Source: Selaginella moellendorffii (lineage: Eukaryota > Plantae > Lycopodiophyta). From it: a stretch of DNA of 64,000 nt. The translations under genes were made by a program, and so were the position numbers. This document shows positions 27,401 to 39,493 of this stretch, one piece after another. The notes under the pieces were generated by a model. The model saw only the letters and a list, made by a program, of their open reading frames with translations, searched no databases and was not told the DNA's origin. Position 1 is the first letter of the stretch; every line of letters begins with the position of its first letter. The DNA lies in assembly GCF_000143415.4 (NCBI RefSeq), contig NW_003314262.1, positions 4,164,021-4,228,020 on the forward strand, written 5' to 3'.

Positions 27401-28677
27401 ATCGTTTATTGAGCAACATGTTTGTTTTTGCAGTATTTCCTGGAAATGATGAAAGTTCCTCGGGTGGAGTCCAAATTGAGGGTTTTTTCTTTTAAACTTC
27501 AGTTCACGTCTCAGGTTTGGTCAGCATATATTTTGTCCACGCTTTCAAACATTGATCTTAGGTACTAGATTTACGGGAAAATCTGGTAGTAGTCAATGAA
27601 GCTTCAGCAGAGGTAATCTCCCACTGTTTTTGTAAGTAGCCTGAAGCCGGATTTTTGCAGGTGAAAGAGTCTGCGAAGCTTAAAAGAGTAATGCAAACGG
27701 TTCTATCCTTGGGAAATGCGCTAAACCAAGGAACTGCTAGAGGTAAGACCTGTGCTGGGGAACTTGAGCTAACTATATGTTGAGCTAACATTCCAGGGGC
27801 GGCGATTGGATTCAGGCTCGATAGTCTACTTAAGCTGACAGAGACTCGAGCTCGTAATTCTAAAACTACGTTATTACACTATTTGTGTAAAGTAAGTACC
27901 ATGCAACTGCGTGTTTTTGGCTTTGCTTACACTTGACGTCGGTGGCAGATTGTATCTGAGAAAATGCCCGAAATACTTGATTTTGACAAGGAATTGCTTC
28001 ACCTTGAAGCAGCCACCAAGGTTTCTATCTTTTTGCACTTCAATGTATTTGTCTTGGTTTTCTGACGTGTGTGGCAGATTCAATTGAAAGCCCTTGCAGA
28101 AGAAATGCAAGCCGTAAGCAAAGGCCTGGAAAAGGTTGAGCAGGAATTGACAGCATCTGAAAACGATGGAGCCGTGTCCGATGGGTTTCGGAAGGTGATA
28201 CTGATTATGATCTCTGTCTTGCAAGCATTGTGCTAATAATGTTTTCTTTGCACACACAGAGCTTGAAGAGTTTCCTTGATACAGCGGAGGCGGACGTGAG
28301 AACACTGGCGTCGTTGTACTCTGAAGTGGTAAGAGATGAGCAAGTTTGTTGAAGTGATAAGAAAGCATCACTGTTGTGCAGGGCCGGAATGCTGATTCCC
28401 TGGCACGCTACTTCAACGAAGACCCCGCTCGATGTCCATTTGAGCAAGGTACTTAGCATTTGGTATATAGCGCCTGACTTGAGTTCTCTTGGTTTTTGGT
28501 GCAGCGGTGTCGATCATTTTTAATTTCATCGTGATGTTCAAGCGTGCATTGGAAGAGAATAGCAAGCAAGCGGAGATGGACAGGAAGAAAGCCGAGAAGG
28601 AGGAGAAAGACAAGATTCTCCCGCTGAGAATGGAGCTGGATGGGCTACTCTCGCCCCGGCGAAGCAGGGCGGCGTGA
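24426..28677 (+). CDS. Class II formin (PTEN-like/C2 + FH1 + FH2)
   Basis: Starts MSLFRRFFYRRPPDGLLEISERV. HCERGGWP PTEN-like domain, poly-Pro FH1 at ~25970-26650, and FH2 motifs LKPYHWVKV and LGNALNQGTARG. Many short introns. Confidence 0.95.
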
Positions 28678-31600
28678 CCATTTAAGTTTGGAGATTTGAT
28701 CGAGAGAGAGAGAGAGCGCTTTGTTGGTTGTACATTCATTCTTCCGGATAGATTTCACAAGAAACAAATACTTCAAGAAATTGAAAATTTGGAAAAGAAT
28801 TTTTCGCAAAACCTCATGGGTCGGAATATGACTTATACTTCGAGACACACAGACGGGTCATCAGATGCATACTCTACAACCCAAGAAGTAATGGTAGTGA
28901 AATCGCCGCACCATTTAAATAAAAGACTTTCCATTGCGCTTGGGCATGTGGGATAATTGAGCTTTGCCCTAGACCTAATTGAGTTTAGGGCAGATTAGAA
29001 TAACTCCCTGAAAGAGCGTGTGCCCGAGGTGGCGGGCAACTTGAACGTTTTTAAAAGAAAAAAAGAGCGCGAAACAAGGTGTATCAGGGTTTGCTCCAAG
29101 CCAGAAGAGGAAGCTCGAAAGAATAGTGAGGGAAGCGCATGGAGGTAAGGAGGCTATCTGGCCCCAAACATTTGGCAGAGTAGAGAGTGGCGAAATTTTA
29201 CACCTTTTGAGGTTTTTTCAAGTGAATAGCGACCTAGCTCAGCTGCTCGTCCCACCGCCAAACGAACATCCTCGAGTCACTGATGTGAATGAGCACAAAA
29301 CTCCTGCGAAGCGCAGTGATCGTGGCCTTGATTGAAGTATACCATTGTTTTCGCTTGCTTGTTGTTTGTAAGACGGTGAGAAGAGCTCACTGTGAACTAT
29401 AGTTTGTGTGGTCGTCATGTGTGTTCTTATTAAAATCAAGCATCCGCATCGAGATTTCGTTTTAAGAGAATCATGAGAACCTGAAAAGGAAGCGATTCTT
29501 GAAACTTCCAGGCGCACTGCTCGAATGCACTTGCATCAAGAATCGCTTCATTCATTCTAATTGGAAACGGCCACAAACCGATTGGAGCGATTATCATGAG
29601 GACCCAAGAGAAGAGGAGAAAAGGAATCTAAGTGATCTATTCCAACATTGCAAAGAATTTACGGAGGCAGCCCATCATGCTATGCCGTCTTGGCCGTTTG
29701 GGAGGCTGGCTGCTTTGGCTCGCCCATAGCCGCTTCCAGCAAAAGGGGGGGTATCATGCTGCTCGCGATCATGAGCAGCATCCGCTGCTTACTGTTGGTG
29801 CTACCACCCTCAGATCCTGCACTGGAGCTTCCACGGTTTTACTTAATGCCGAGAGACGTCGATCTCCCCACTCTGATATGGTGGATACCCATCCAGAGAT
29901 GGCGGCGTTGGTGATGGCAGCGAAAACTATCTGTGCCAGACAAACAAAAATGGTCACACAATTAGTCCCAAAAGCATAGCTAGAATAAGCAAGCACTACT
30001 GGCTTACCTTGTGTGTGGGAAGCCCGGCGGGAAGGGGGAGGAGAGAGCTAAATGAGAGTTACTGGCAAAAGGGAAACAGAGTGAGAGAGCCCTGGGGCTG
30101 GGCCTGGGCATATTCCGGGGAATGAGCTTTCTTGGTTTCATTGCTTCAGGCCACGGGCGGCTCTATTCTTTTAGAGTCTGTGAAAACGAGAATTAATAGT
30201 GAAATGAAAGCGGACCGCCAAGGAGTTTTGAATCGTTGATCGTTGCAAGATATTCCATGGGACCTTCGAACGGACGGCTCAGATCGGAGTTTCGCCTCTC
30301 TTTAACGGCGTTTAAGACCTGGGCATCGGAGTGGCAATAGCTCCCGCCAAGATCTCGTCCCTGTTAATCCACTGCTCACTCCCCAGGGGCTGATCGGAAA
30401 CTCGAGAGAATTTGGGAGGTTTCTCTTGGAGAAGTGCGATCAGTCTCCATCCCAGCGCTGGATTGGCAAGATGCCCCAAACTTGCCCAGGGAGGGAATCT
30501 AGACCGATTGACAGGAGCGGTTTCTGGAGGCATCGAAAACTATGAAAATGTATGCAATGCGTCGAAAAACTAATACATCAAGAGATGTTTTTGGAAGGAT
30601 TCCAAATCAAGATCTAAACTCTCGTGCAACAACGGTGTCTGGTGTCTGCATATGCCCATCCCCGGTATCATCTTTGAATAATTGGCGATGGTAGAAGACC
30701 CCGCTCCATGAACTTTGGGAAGGGCGCAAGCGTGGGCTCATAGCATTTCATTGTCCTCCATATATTTTACAAGTTTTGAGATCGAAATTTGGACAAGCTA
30801 TCGAGATGAGAAACGACGTGATGGGATGCTTTCACAACGTCTTATACCTCGATTAGTGCCTCAGAAAGCGAGAAGCAACTGCGGCTGTTCATGGGCTCGT
30901 CAAGGTGACCGAGCGATCCGGAGCGTTTTCTTCCCCTTGGTCCAGGCACCTTCAAAAGAGCCTTCGCTGATCAAGAGCAGTGGTCCTGGAGAAATGGAGA
31001 TGGTGGCATCGAGCTCAGAAATCTGTGGCACCTTGTCACTCAGCTCTATAGCAGAGCATGGGGTGACCAGGCGGCGGGATATCCGTCCGGACATCATACC
31101 ACTCGACTGAATTTCCAGGTCTGTAGCTCCATGTATGCTTGGTTTGCAAATGCCGGGCGGAGCTAGCTACCACGCACATTTTTGGTACTGATCGTCGTTC
31201 TGCAGAGCCCACTGCAAGTTCGTTCCATCCAGATTGATCGCCACATGGTCCCGGTTTGAAGCGGTTCAGAGGATCATATTGAGTCAAGAGCATCTGTCAT
31301 ATGTGATCATCTAAGGTTTGTTTATTTTGCAAAGCTCTTCGAAGTTTTCAAGAGTGTGCACTCACTAGTACCTTGTCCTGGTCAACCTTTTGAGTGCCAA
31401 ACCGGTTACCTTGTTTACAAAGTGAAGTACTTGGTATGAGCAAAAAGTGGATTAGACAAACATGGTTAGTATCATTACCGTTACACTATATCCTTAAGAA
31501 ATCCATGTATTATATAGTTGAAATAAAGTTAAATATACTTTATCGTACTTTAATTAGCCACAATATTGTATTCAGTGATGCATTTGGCCTTCCTTGGTCA

Positions 31601-34499
31601 CTTTAAATTGGTTAAGAAATAAAGTTATGACTAAGCTAGAACATGCTTGGAGGGTAAAGAGCATGAGGGTTAAAACCCATCTTGCTTCACAAACAAAAAT
31701 ATAATAAAGCATGACTACATTCTTAGATTAGGAGATTGAGATAGGACATATAACACTTTATTGATCTTGGCAAGTATGAAATATGTTTTAGAACAATGTC
31801 TTTTGAATTATATGGCAAGTTATAGAAACTAACAATCTTATGTGAAGTAGAATGTACATGCTAAGAGACACAATAGTGACTGCAGTAAAACTTTCTTTTA
31901 TTTTATGATATTTAACTTTCATATAAACTAAAGGTAATCTAGGATCCACTACCAAATGAGCTACATCACAACCAAAATAAATAATGGAAAGCACTATCCA
32001 TACCCTCATAGAGCTAATATTAATATAAAGTTGGTGATAAAACTTAAAATTGGAAATACAACCTCAAAGGACAAACAAATTTTATAAAATTCAAAATTAA
32101 GCTAGGTGGAGAATGGCTATCTGCAATTTCTAAAGGGCTGTTTTAGTTATTGGAGTTGCCATATGTAGTGCTATTGCAATATAGTTTGCAAATGGGATGC
32201 TTTTCACATTTGCTAGTATACATTGCATTGATAAGTTCAAATATAGAAGGTATTGTTCATCCAAGTTTAGCCCAACATGACAGAGTGAAAAATGCTTGAT
32301 TCTGGATTATTGCTATATACTACTCAAAAAAAAAAAAAAAGCATAAGAAACATCATAAAAAGCTAGAACTAAATACTTATGGCAAAGTACCACCTTCATC
32401 ACTATATAAAAACAGTTTAAGCAAGAGTTCAATATATTTGTTGCTTAATATTCTGACTATATTATAAAAACAATAAATATATTAAAGAAATAGAAAGCAT
32501 ATATGTATTGAGATGATCTATAAAGCAAAAAGTTCTATAAATACTTTTCAATCAGTTAAAGGTTTTAGAATATTTAAGGTTAAATATCCTTTAGTTTGAG
32601 TAGTATTGGATTGGATAATTTTCAGGTTAAATGCTCTTGAGTTTAAGTAATATTGGATTAGATGACTTTCGGGAAGTCCAAATTCAAAAGTTTATATGTA
32701 TATTTTTACAATTTTGTGCTCCATTAGTTGAAACAAATTAGTTGGAACATAAGAAGTTTTGAAATATTCATTATTTCAAAATACTCAAACTTCATGGATG
32801 TTTTAAATTGTAACTCAATGTGCAATATTTGGTATATAAAAGCCGCAAGACACAACTCTCTTAAGAGCTTTACTCTCTTGACACTTTACCCTAAACTACT
32901 AAATATTAATCTTAATGCACTTTTATTTATAGGTTTTTTTCTTTTATATTTGAACCTTAACAGATTGTCTTTCGAGTCATTCTCTTTAATTTCTTATAAT
33001 TTACCATGCATTAGATGCATCTATAATGTTAATATCCTCCATTTACTTGAATAATTACTTATAAAATCATATCACTTTTTCATAAAGCTATAGAGATGTT
33101 TAATGTGCAGGAAGAAGAAAACCAAAATTTAGAAAGATTTAAGTGTATATTTTATACTTAGTTTCATGTTGAGATGTCATGGATAAAAAGGCTAACTTAG
33201 GAGGCCCATATTCTATTTATATCCCTCTTCATATTGTTAGCCTCTACTTTAGTGCATGATATCTTCTAATCCATTTTGGTTGGCCAAATTTGCGAATAGC
33301 ATATGAATAAATGTTGAAAATTCTATATGACTGTTTTGTAGTTGATAAATAATGTAATCTACAAATCATTGTATAGACATTTATAATACACTATGAGAGC
33401 AAGGCATGAGATAGTAACATAAAAAAGTTTGAAAACCAAATCAAGTACTTGCAATCCATATAGCATAGTGCATAATACACTTTGTTGGTATATATCTACC
33501 TCTGAATCTTAAACAAGTGCCTTTCTGTGAGCCTTATAAAGTTTTATATAGCTAAAGTGTCACAAATTTGATGCTGGCTAAAATAGTATCTTACTATTTG
33601 ACAGTTGAACAAGCATTCACAATCCCCAATATAGTAAATGATTCATGAGAACATTAGTGTGGACATGATGAAGTATCTCTGATGGTGATATTCTATTATA
33701 AATGACTCTCTAATTTACATAAAAAAACCTCATATATTTGTACAATATTGGCTTTGAAATCTATAGATAAAATACCAAGTAATCCATTGTTTTCGTTTCA
33801 CAAATCTTAAAATGCATTCATAAATAAAAAATAGTTAGATTGCTAGTTTGACATATAGTATATATAGTCAAGTCTAAGAAACATGAGTAAATTTCTATTG
33901 TTAATTTCAAATTTCTTTGTTATACATAACAACATTCTTTTGCTTAAGAATTTTGCCAAGTCTTATAAAAGTGCAAGATGAGAAAAATGGATAGTCTATC
34001 CTATATGATTTAAAGTATTTCTCAACATCTTAGAGTGATAACAAGGAACAGTATATAGAGGTATTTAATTTTCTTAAATTCTTAAGGATCTGATTGTAAA
34101 AATGTCAATATTTCCTAGATTCTTTCCTTATGAATCATGTCATCAAAAGAAAATAAAACTATTTAACTATTTCAATTGTGAATCACTTTGCCATTGCCCT
34201 TGATTTTTCAATACCAATACCCTTAATTTTGGACTCCACCAAGACCCCACTGACAAATAGTCCTCACCTAAAAAATGACCCTAATCAAATGATGAGCAAA
34301 CATATGTCATTAGCATACCATAGTTATGCATAATAGACATGTATGGCTAACATCTCATCATACTAAATGCCCATTGGATGTACATAATAGCAACATAGTT
34401 ATGGTGGGCCAATGAATGTCACCATATGGCAGATGTAATATCATGCAATATGGAATTTTTTCATGTAGCACCGGTTTATGAATACACCATAGTTGTTTG

Positions 34500-34640
34500 T
34501 TTGAGCAAGATATGATTTTTGGTGCAATGGTATTAATTTTATTGTGATGTTCAAGCACGTATTAGAAGAAAACAACAAACAATTAGAGATAGTAAGGAAG
34601 ACAACCGAGAAGGAGGAGAAAGACAAGATTCTCCCGCTGA
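34500..34640 (+). pseudogene. Degenerate copy of the formin last exon
   Basis: GAGAAGGAGGAGAAAGACAAGATTCTCCCGCTGA is identical to the formin 3' end near 28600. The upstream part differs mostly by C>T/G>A changes. Confidence 0.85.
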
Positions 34641-36266
34641 ACTTGTTATTTGTAATTTTGCACAAAAAAAAAGTATGAAAAATAAATTAATGAAGAAATA
34701 CTAATGTGTGCTTTCTTGACCTTTATTATAAACGTTAGTTATAATTGTAAAGTCCACAACTTGTCCAAAAGTGCATTCTTGTTAAAGGAGAATGTCCACC
34801 AAGCTTGCAGTTTCACATGAAAATTGAGAGTAACTATGTGATCAAAGGAATAGAGACAATGCTCACCACCACTTTGAATGGGATTCATCACAAGAAAGCT
34901 AGGCAATGGCTTCATTGGGAACACCACTTTCTAGAAGTATGGTTTCACCTCCATGAAATTTGAAGGTAGTGACTTTTTGGAAGGCCAATGTGACACTACA
35001 CGCAGTGGCCATGGAGGACAATTAGATTCTAGGCCCACGCTTATGTGGAGCAGGGTCTTCTACCATTGCCAAAGATTCAAATATGATACCATGGATGGGC
35101 ATATGCAGACACCATTGCATTGCACTTTGCTTTGAAATCCTTTCAAAAAAATCTCTTAGTGTATTGCTTTGCGACACATTGCATTTCTGGGCATGGGGCA
35201 TCTTGCCAATCCATGGAGACTGATCGCAATTCTCCAAGAGATCCTAGCGGGAGCAATTGCCATTCCGAGACCATTATTAAATGTGTGAATTTTGTTGACT
35301 AAGGAGAAGAAAGTCAGATTTGTGCCGTCCATTTGAAGGAAAATCTTGCAATGATCAAAACTCCTTGGTTACAATGCCAGCCCAATATCTTTTCACTATT
35401 AATTCCCTCTCTTATCATGCAGCAGACTCTAAATTCTTGTTGCCCCGAGTATTCTCTTGTGCCAATAGCTTGTAAGCCACAAAATTTTCCTTTCCAATTT
35501 GCTAGCTTACCTCGTCTATCCGACCACCTCTGCTTTGGCTTGTGCTAAGTTCCCTCGCCAAAGTTCCCGCCTATGGTACCAGCTCCTACTTGGTCCTACT
35601 TGGTTTCAGCTACTTACTGCACGAGTAACGGAGTGTTAGCCATCCATCTACAGATTCCCAAATCTCTCCCAATCCCCCTCCCCGGGTTAGACTGGACTTA
35701 AGGTTCGGCTACACTCCCCGCAGGCACAAGCAGCCAAGCACACCAAGCCTCCAGATTCCTAACACCCCTTGGTACCACAAGACTTGATCATGGGACCCTC
35801 TAAATCCCAAGTCTTGGGTGTAGCACTTGCTTCGGGACGTCAGGCGAAACACTGTGGCCTAACGGCCCGGTATGGGTACCTCTACCCCCCCACTTCCATC
35901 CTGAAGGGAAGGCCCAAGCCCCTAGGAAGGGCGAGGACCAATGAGCCACAAGGTACTCAAGTGGGGCACCACTCCACATGAGCCGGGAGCACCGCAGTCG
36001 GTTTCCCTTTCAGGAGTGGGAGCTGCTCTTGAGCACTTCCTTAGGTGGCCCCTCCGGCACCACTCAAGCCCATGCTCACTCCCACCCAAGGCCCCTCGGC
36101 CCCAGTCTCAACCTCAAGTCAGTTTGGAAGCACCACTGGAGAGTTCCTTCAAGACTGGTTCCTGGACCTCACTATCCCTACTATACTTTTGGAACCCCCT
36201 GCAGCCCCCCCCCCCCCTGGGAGACGCACGCTTTGGGCTTTCACCCCTTGACCTGTATTAGTATTT

Positions 36267-37002
36267 TGTAGCGCACCTTATCTCTCTCCCCTTAAACCAA
36301 CTGGAAAAGGGGCAATTGCTTGATGAGAGAGCCCTTAGTGGCTATTTTATCCCCATTTATCTCCCAAGGTTCCAAGGATCCATGGTGACAGTATATCCAA
36401 ATCTTATCCCATGATCACATGCGCTACACTCACCCCCCCTTTAGAGATGTCAATGTCCTCATTGACTATTGACTAACAACCCCTACTGAGCCAAGGGGAA
36501 CCAACACCTCCATTTCCGCACTCAATCTACCAATCCTTCCATTGTGTAGACTAGCTATTCCATGTGAGGCAACTAGTCATCCACCCGTACCGCAGTCCCA
36601 CGGTGGATACCTTCGTCCGTGGATACTCCACACAAGAGGAAGGACGTACGCATGGATGCCCAATACGTATGGATGTCCAATACATACGATTTTCAAATTT
36701 AGGGGTAAAAATATACCTTGCTCAAGGGTATATTATATTTTAGGTAGCCACTAATCAATGGGAATCGAACCCGTGCCATTTGCTCCGATACCAACTATAG
36801 CGCACCTTATCTCTCTCCCCTTAAGCCAACTGGAAAAGGGGCAATTGCTTGATGAGAGAGCCCTTAGTGGCTATTTTATCCCCATTTATTTGCTTGATGA
36901 GAGAGCCCTAATTGGCTATTTTATCCCCATTTATCTCCCAAGGTTCCAAGGATCCACGGTGACAGTATATCCAAATCTCATCCCATGATCACATGCGCTA
37001 CA
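36267..37002 (-). mobile_element. TRIM (no 5S domain) inserted in the gypsy 3' LTR
   Basis: LTRs 36267-36428 and 36796-37002, the latter with a ~45-bp internal duplication. TSD TATTT, PBS TGGTATCGGAGC and G-rich PPT. The empty site GTATTTGGA is present in the sister LTR at ~57050. Confidence 0.9.
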
Positions 37003-37834
37003 TATTTGGACTTAGTCTCTGGCTCGATCTCGGACCCGATTTCAGATCCGACTTCGGATTCGGTCTCGGACTCGATCTCGGACTCGATCTCGGACCCGAT
37101 CTCGGACCCGACCTCGGACTCGACCTCGGACTCGGTCTCGGACCCGATTTCGGATCTCGGACTTCGTCTCGAACTCGGTCTCGAACTCGGACTCGAACTC
37201 GGTCCCCGAGTCAGTCTTGGACTCGATTCTGGACTCTATCTCGAACTCAGTCCTAGAGTCGGTCTTGGACTCGATCCTCGACTTGGTCCCATCCGATGAA
37301 CTCTTTGTCATTTCGGTCAAGCTTTTGGGGATCCTTTAGCCTACGACATCTTGGGGAGTCGGTTCCTTACAACTCCACCACCCATAGAAGAAGTTTGATG
37401 CCCATATCGAACGTCTCGTTTTATTCTACGACTTGTTGACCATGGCTCCGGGGGCATCCCCCCACTTAGCGGTGTGCCTAAGTTAGCCTCCCCGGCCAAG
37501 AGCCCATGAAAATGGAATATAGGTGTCCCTATACCCCTAACCTCACCACGCCCTAGTATGGGGTCGGGACTTGAACCCAGCCTTGCTTTACTAAGGGGTT
37601 GGGACTCGAACCCAACCTCTGTAGAATACGTCTACGGATTCGACATCCCCACGGGGAGTCGGGCGTAGTGCCCTACGCCTGGTCGACCTATCCAACCCAT
37701 GCTAATTAGCTTACCTTCGGCGCGCCTTCGGGTCCCAACATATGCCACTTGCTCAACTTTGCAAATTGATATTTTTAATTGAATTTTGCATAAGTACATA
37801 GAGTTCTGCCTTGCAGAAATTCCTCCACTAGATC

Positions 37835-38695
37835 TCACGCGTTCGCTAGGTTCTCCTCCGGTTCCCATGTTGCTTCGCAGTGTGGAAATCCTTTCCACTT
37901 CACATGGAACTCTCTCACCTCGTGTCCTTGTCGCTTGCTCTTGCGCGCATTGAGGATGGCCTCGACTTCGTATTCCTCTTCCCCTTGGATAACCTCAGGT
38001 AAAGGTCTCACTTGGTCCTTGCGAAGCGGATCCTCAAAGTACGGCTTGAGTAAGTTCACGTGGAACACTAGGTGCATCTTCCCCATCTCTCGAGGAAGTC
38101 AGAGACGGTAAGCCACTTTACCGATTCGTGCCTCAATCTCGTAAAGCCCCGCGAACCTGCTTAAGGAACTCAAGATCAATTCATTTACAGGAATACATGC
38201 ATCTTTACCTTTGGGTCAACTTTCGGCTGAACCCACTTGGTAGTCTGAGGTTCTTGGTGTTCAGCCACACCTTCTCCCCAGCTTGGAACTCTATATCCCG
38301 ACGCTTTTGGTTTGCGTATTTGGTTTGCCTTTGTTGAGCCCGTTCCAAGGAATCCCTCACTAGATTCCAAATGCTGAGTCTTTCCGCCGTGAATGCCTCC
38401 ACTACGGGCAACTCTCCATGATACTCGGCCACGCCGAGTTCCACAGGACCTTCAATAGCTCGCCCATTGATGACTTCCCATGGACTCACCCCGATACTCG
38501 AATGTGGTGAGTTGTTATAACACATTTCCGCAAGTCCCAAATGACTTACCCAATCGGTCTGGTCTCCCGAGACATAGCATCGCAAATAATCCTCCAGCTG
38601 CCTATTCACCCTTTCCGTTTGTCCGTCTGTCAAGAAGTGTTAGTGCCAACAACTTGACTTAATACCCCATACCTGTCTGTGGGTGATAGGCTGTA
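37835..38695 (-). pseudogene. Gypsy integrase C-terminus plus chromodomain, with two introns
   Basis: TAYHPQT/DGQTERVN, a GPY/F-like region, and chromodomain YEVEAIL…VKWKGF…TWEPEENL. One in-frame stop. Confidence 0.9.
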
Positions 38696-39493
38696 AGCTC
38701 TATTTCGTTAAAGTGGGATTTATTCAGTAAAATGGGATTAGGTACAAATTTTCAAGTATTTGAAAATGACGTGAAATTATATGTTTTTTGTCTAGGGGCT
38801 AGACATATCTGGGGCATGGTGACTAGCGCGGTGACTTTGTGTCCAGACTGAGTCCATTTGGTTGTATAATAAATCTCATTGTCAAGGTGAACAAGCCGAA
38901 TCTGAAGCTAAAGAAGAGCGATGGCATTCGCGCACACACTATTTGTTTGTTCATTGAGCGTGTGGTGAGCTTTCCAAGATGAACGTCATTCCTATTAGCC
39001 AGACATATAACTTAATGGTGAGAACATTTAGATATTATTCAATGTTATCTTTTTCTAACGAATCTAATTGTGAAGGTGTAGCAAGAGGCATTGCTAGTCT
39101 GGAGAAGTCATTTAACTCATTTGACCCTTAGTGTATTTTCATGAAACTAAATAACATTCATATTATTAAGGAATTTCTCTAGTACCTTTTTTTTACGACA
39201 TAGAGGCTTGCATTTCTTTCAAAGGTGATTTAGTAAAAGGCCTGAGGGCACATGCCATTCTATTTCTCAGACCGGTATTAAGATATACTAGTGCAAAGGG
39301 AAAAAGGTATTTGGTGATCAAGTAAATGGCATGAGGGCACACGCCATTATAAGCCTAAGCGCTAGTGGACACCTCCTTTTTGGTGTCACGCCTCACGCCT
39401 CACGCCATCATGCCATGCCATCACGCCTCCTCTGATTCAGATTCGGATTGTTCACCTTGAAATAAAATACATTAGAAACTTAGTAAAGGAATA

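Noticed and set aside
29100-31300. Short ORFs downstream of the formin
   Set aside because: No recognisable homology and no consistent exon structure by eye.
37285-37330. Hammerhead ribozyme in the LTR (C(T/C)GATGA)
   Set aside because: No properly placed GAAA or stems found.
37560-37620. tRNA genes
   Set aside because: Only T-loop/B-box motifs; no cloverleaf is evident.
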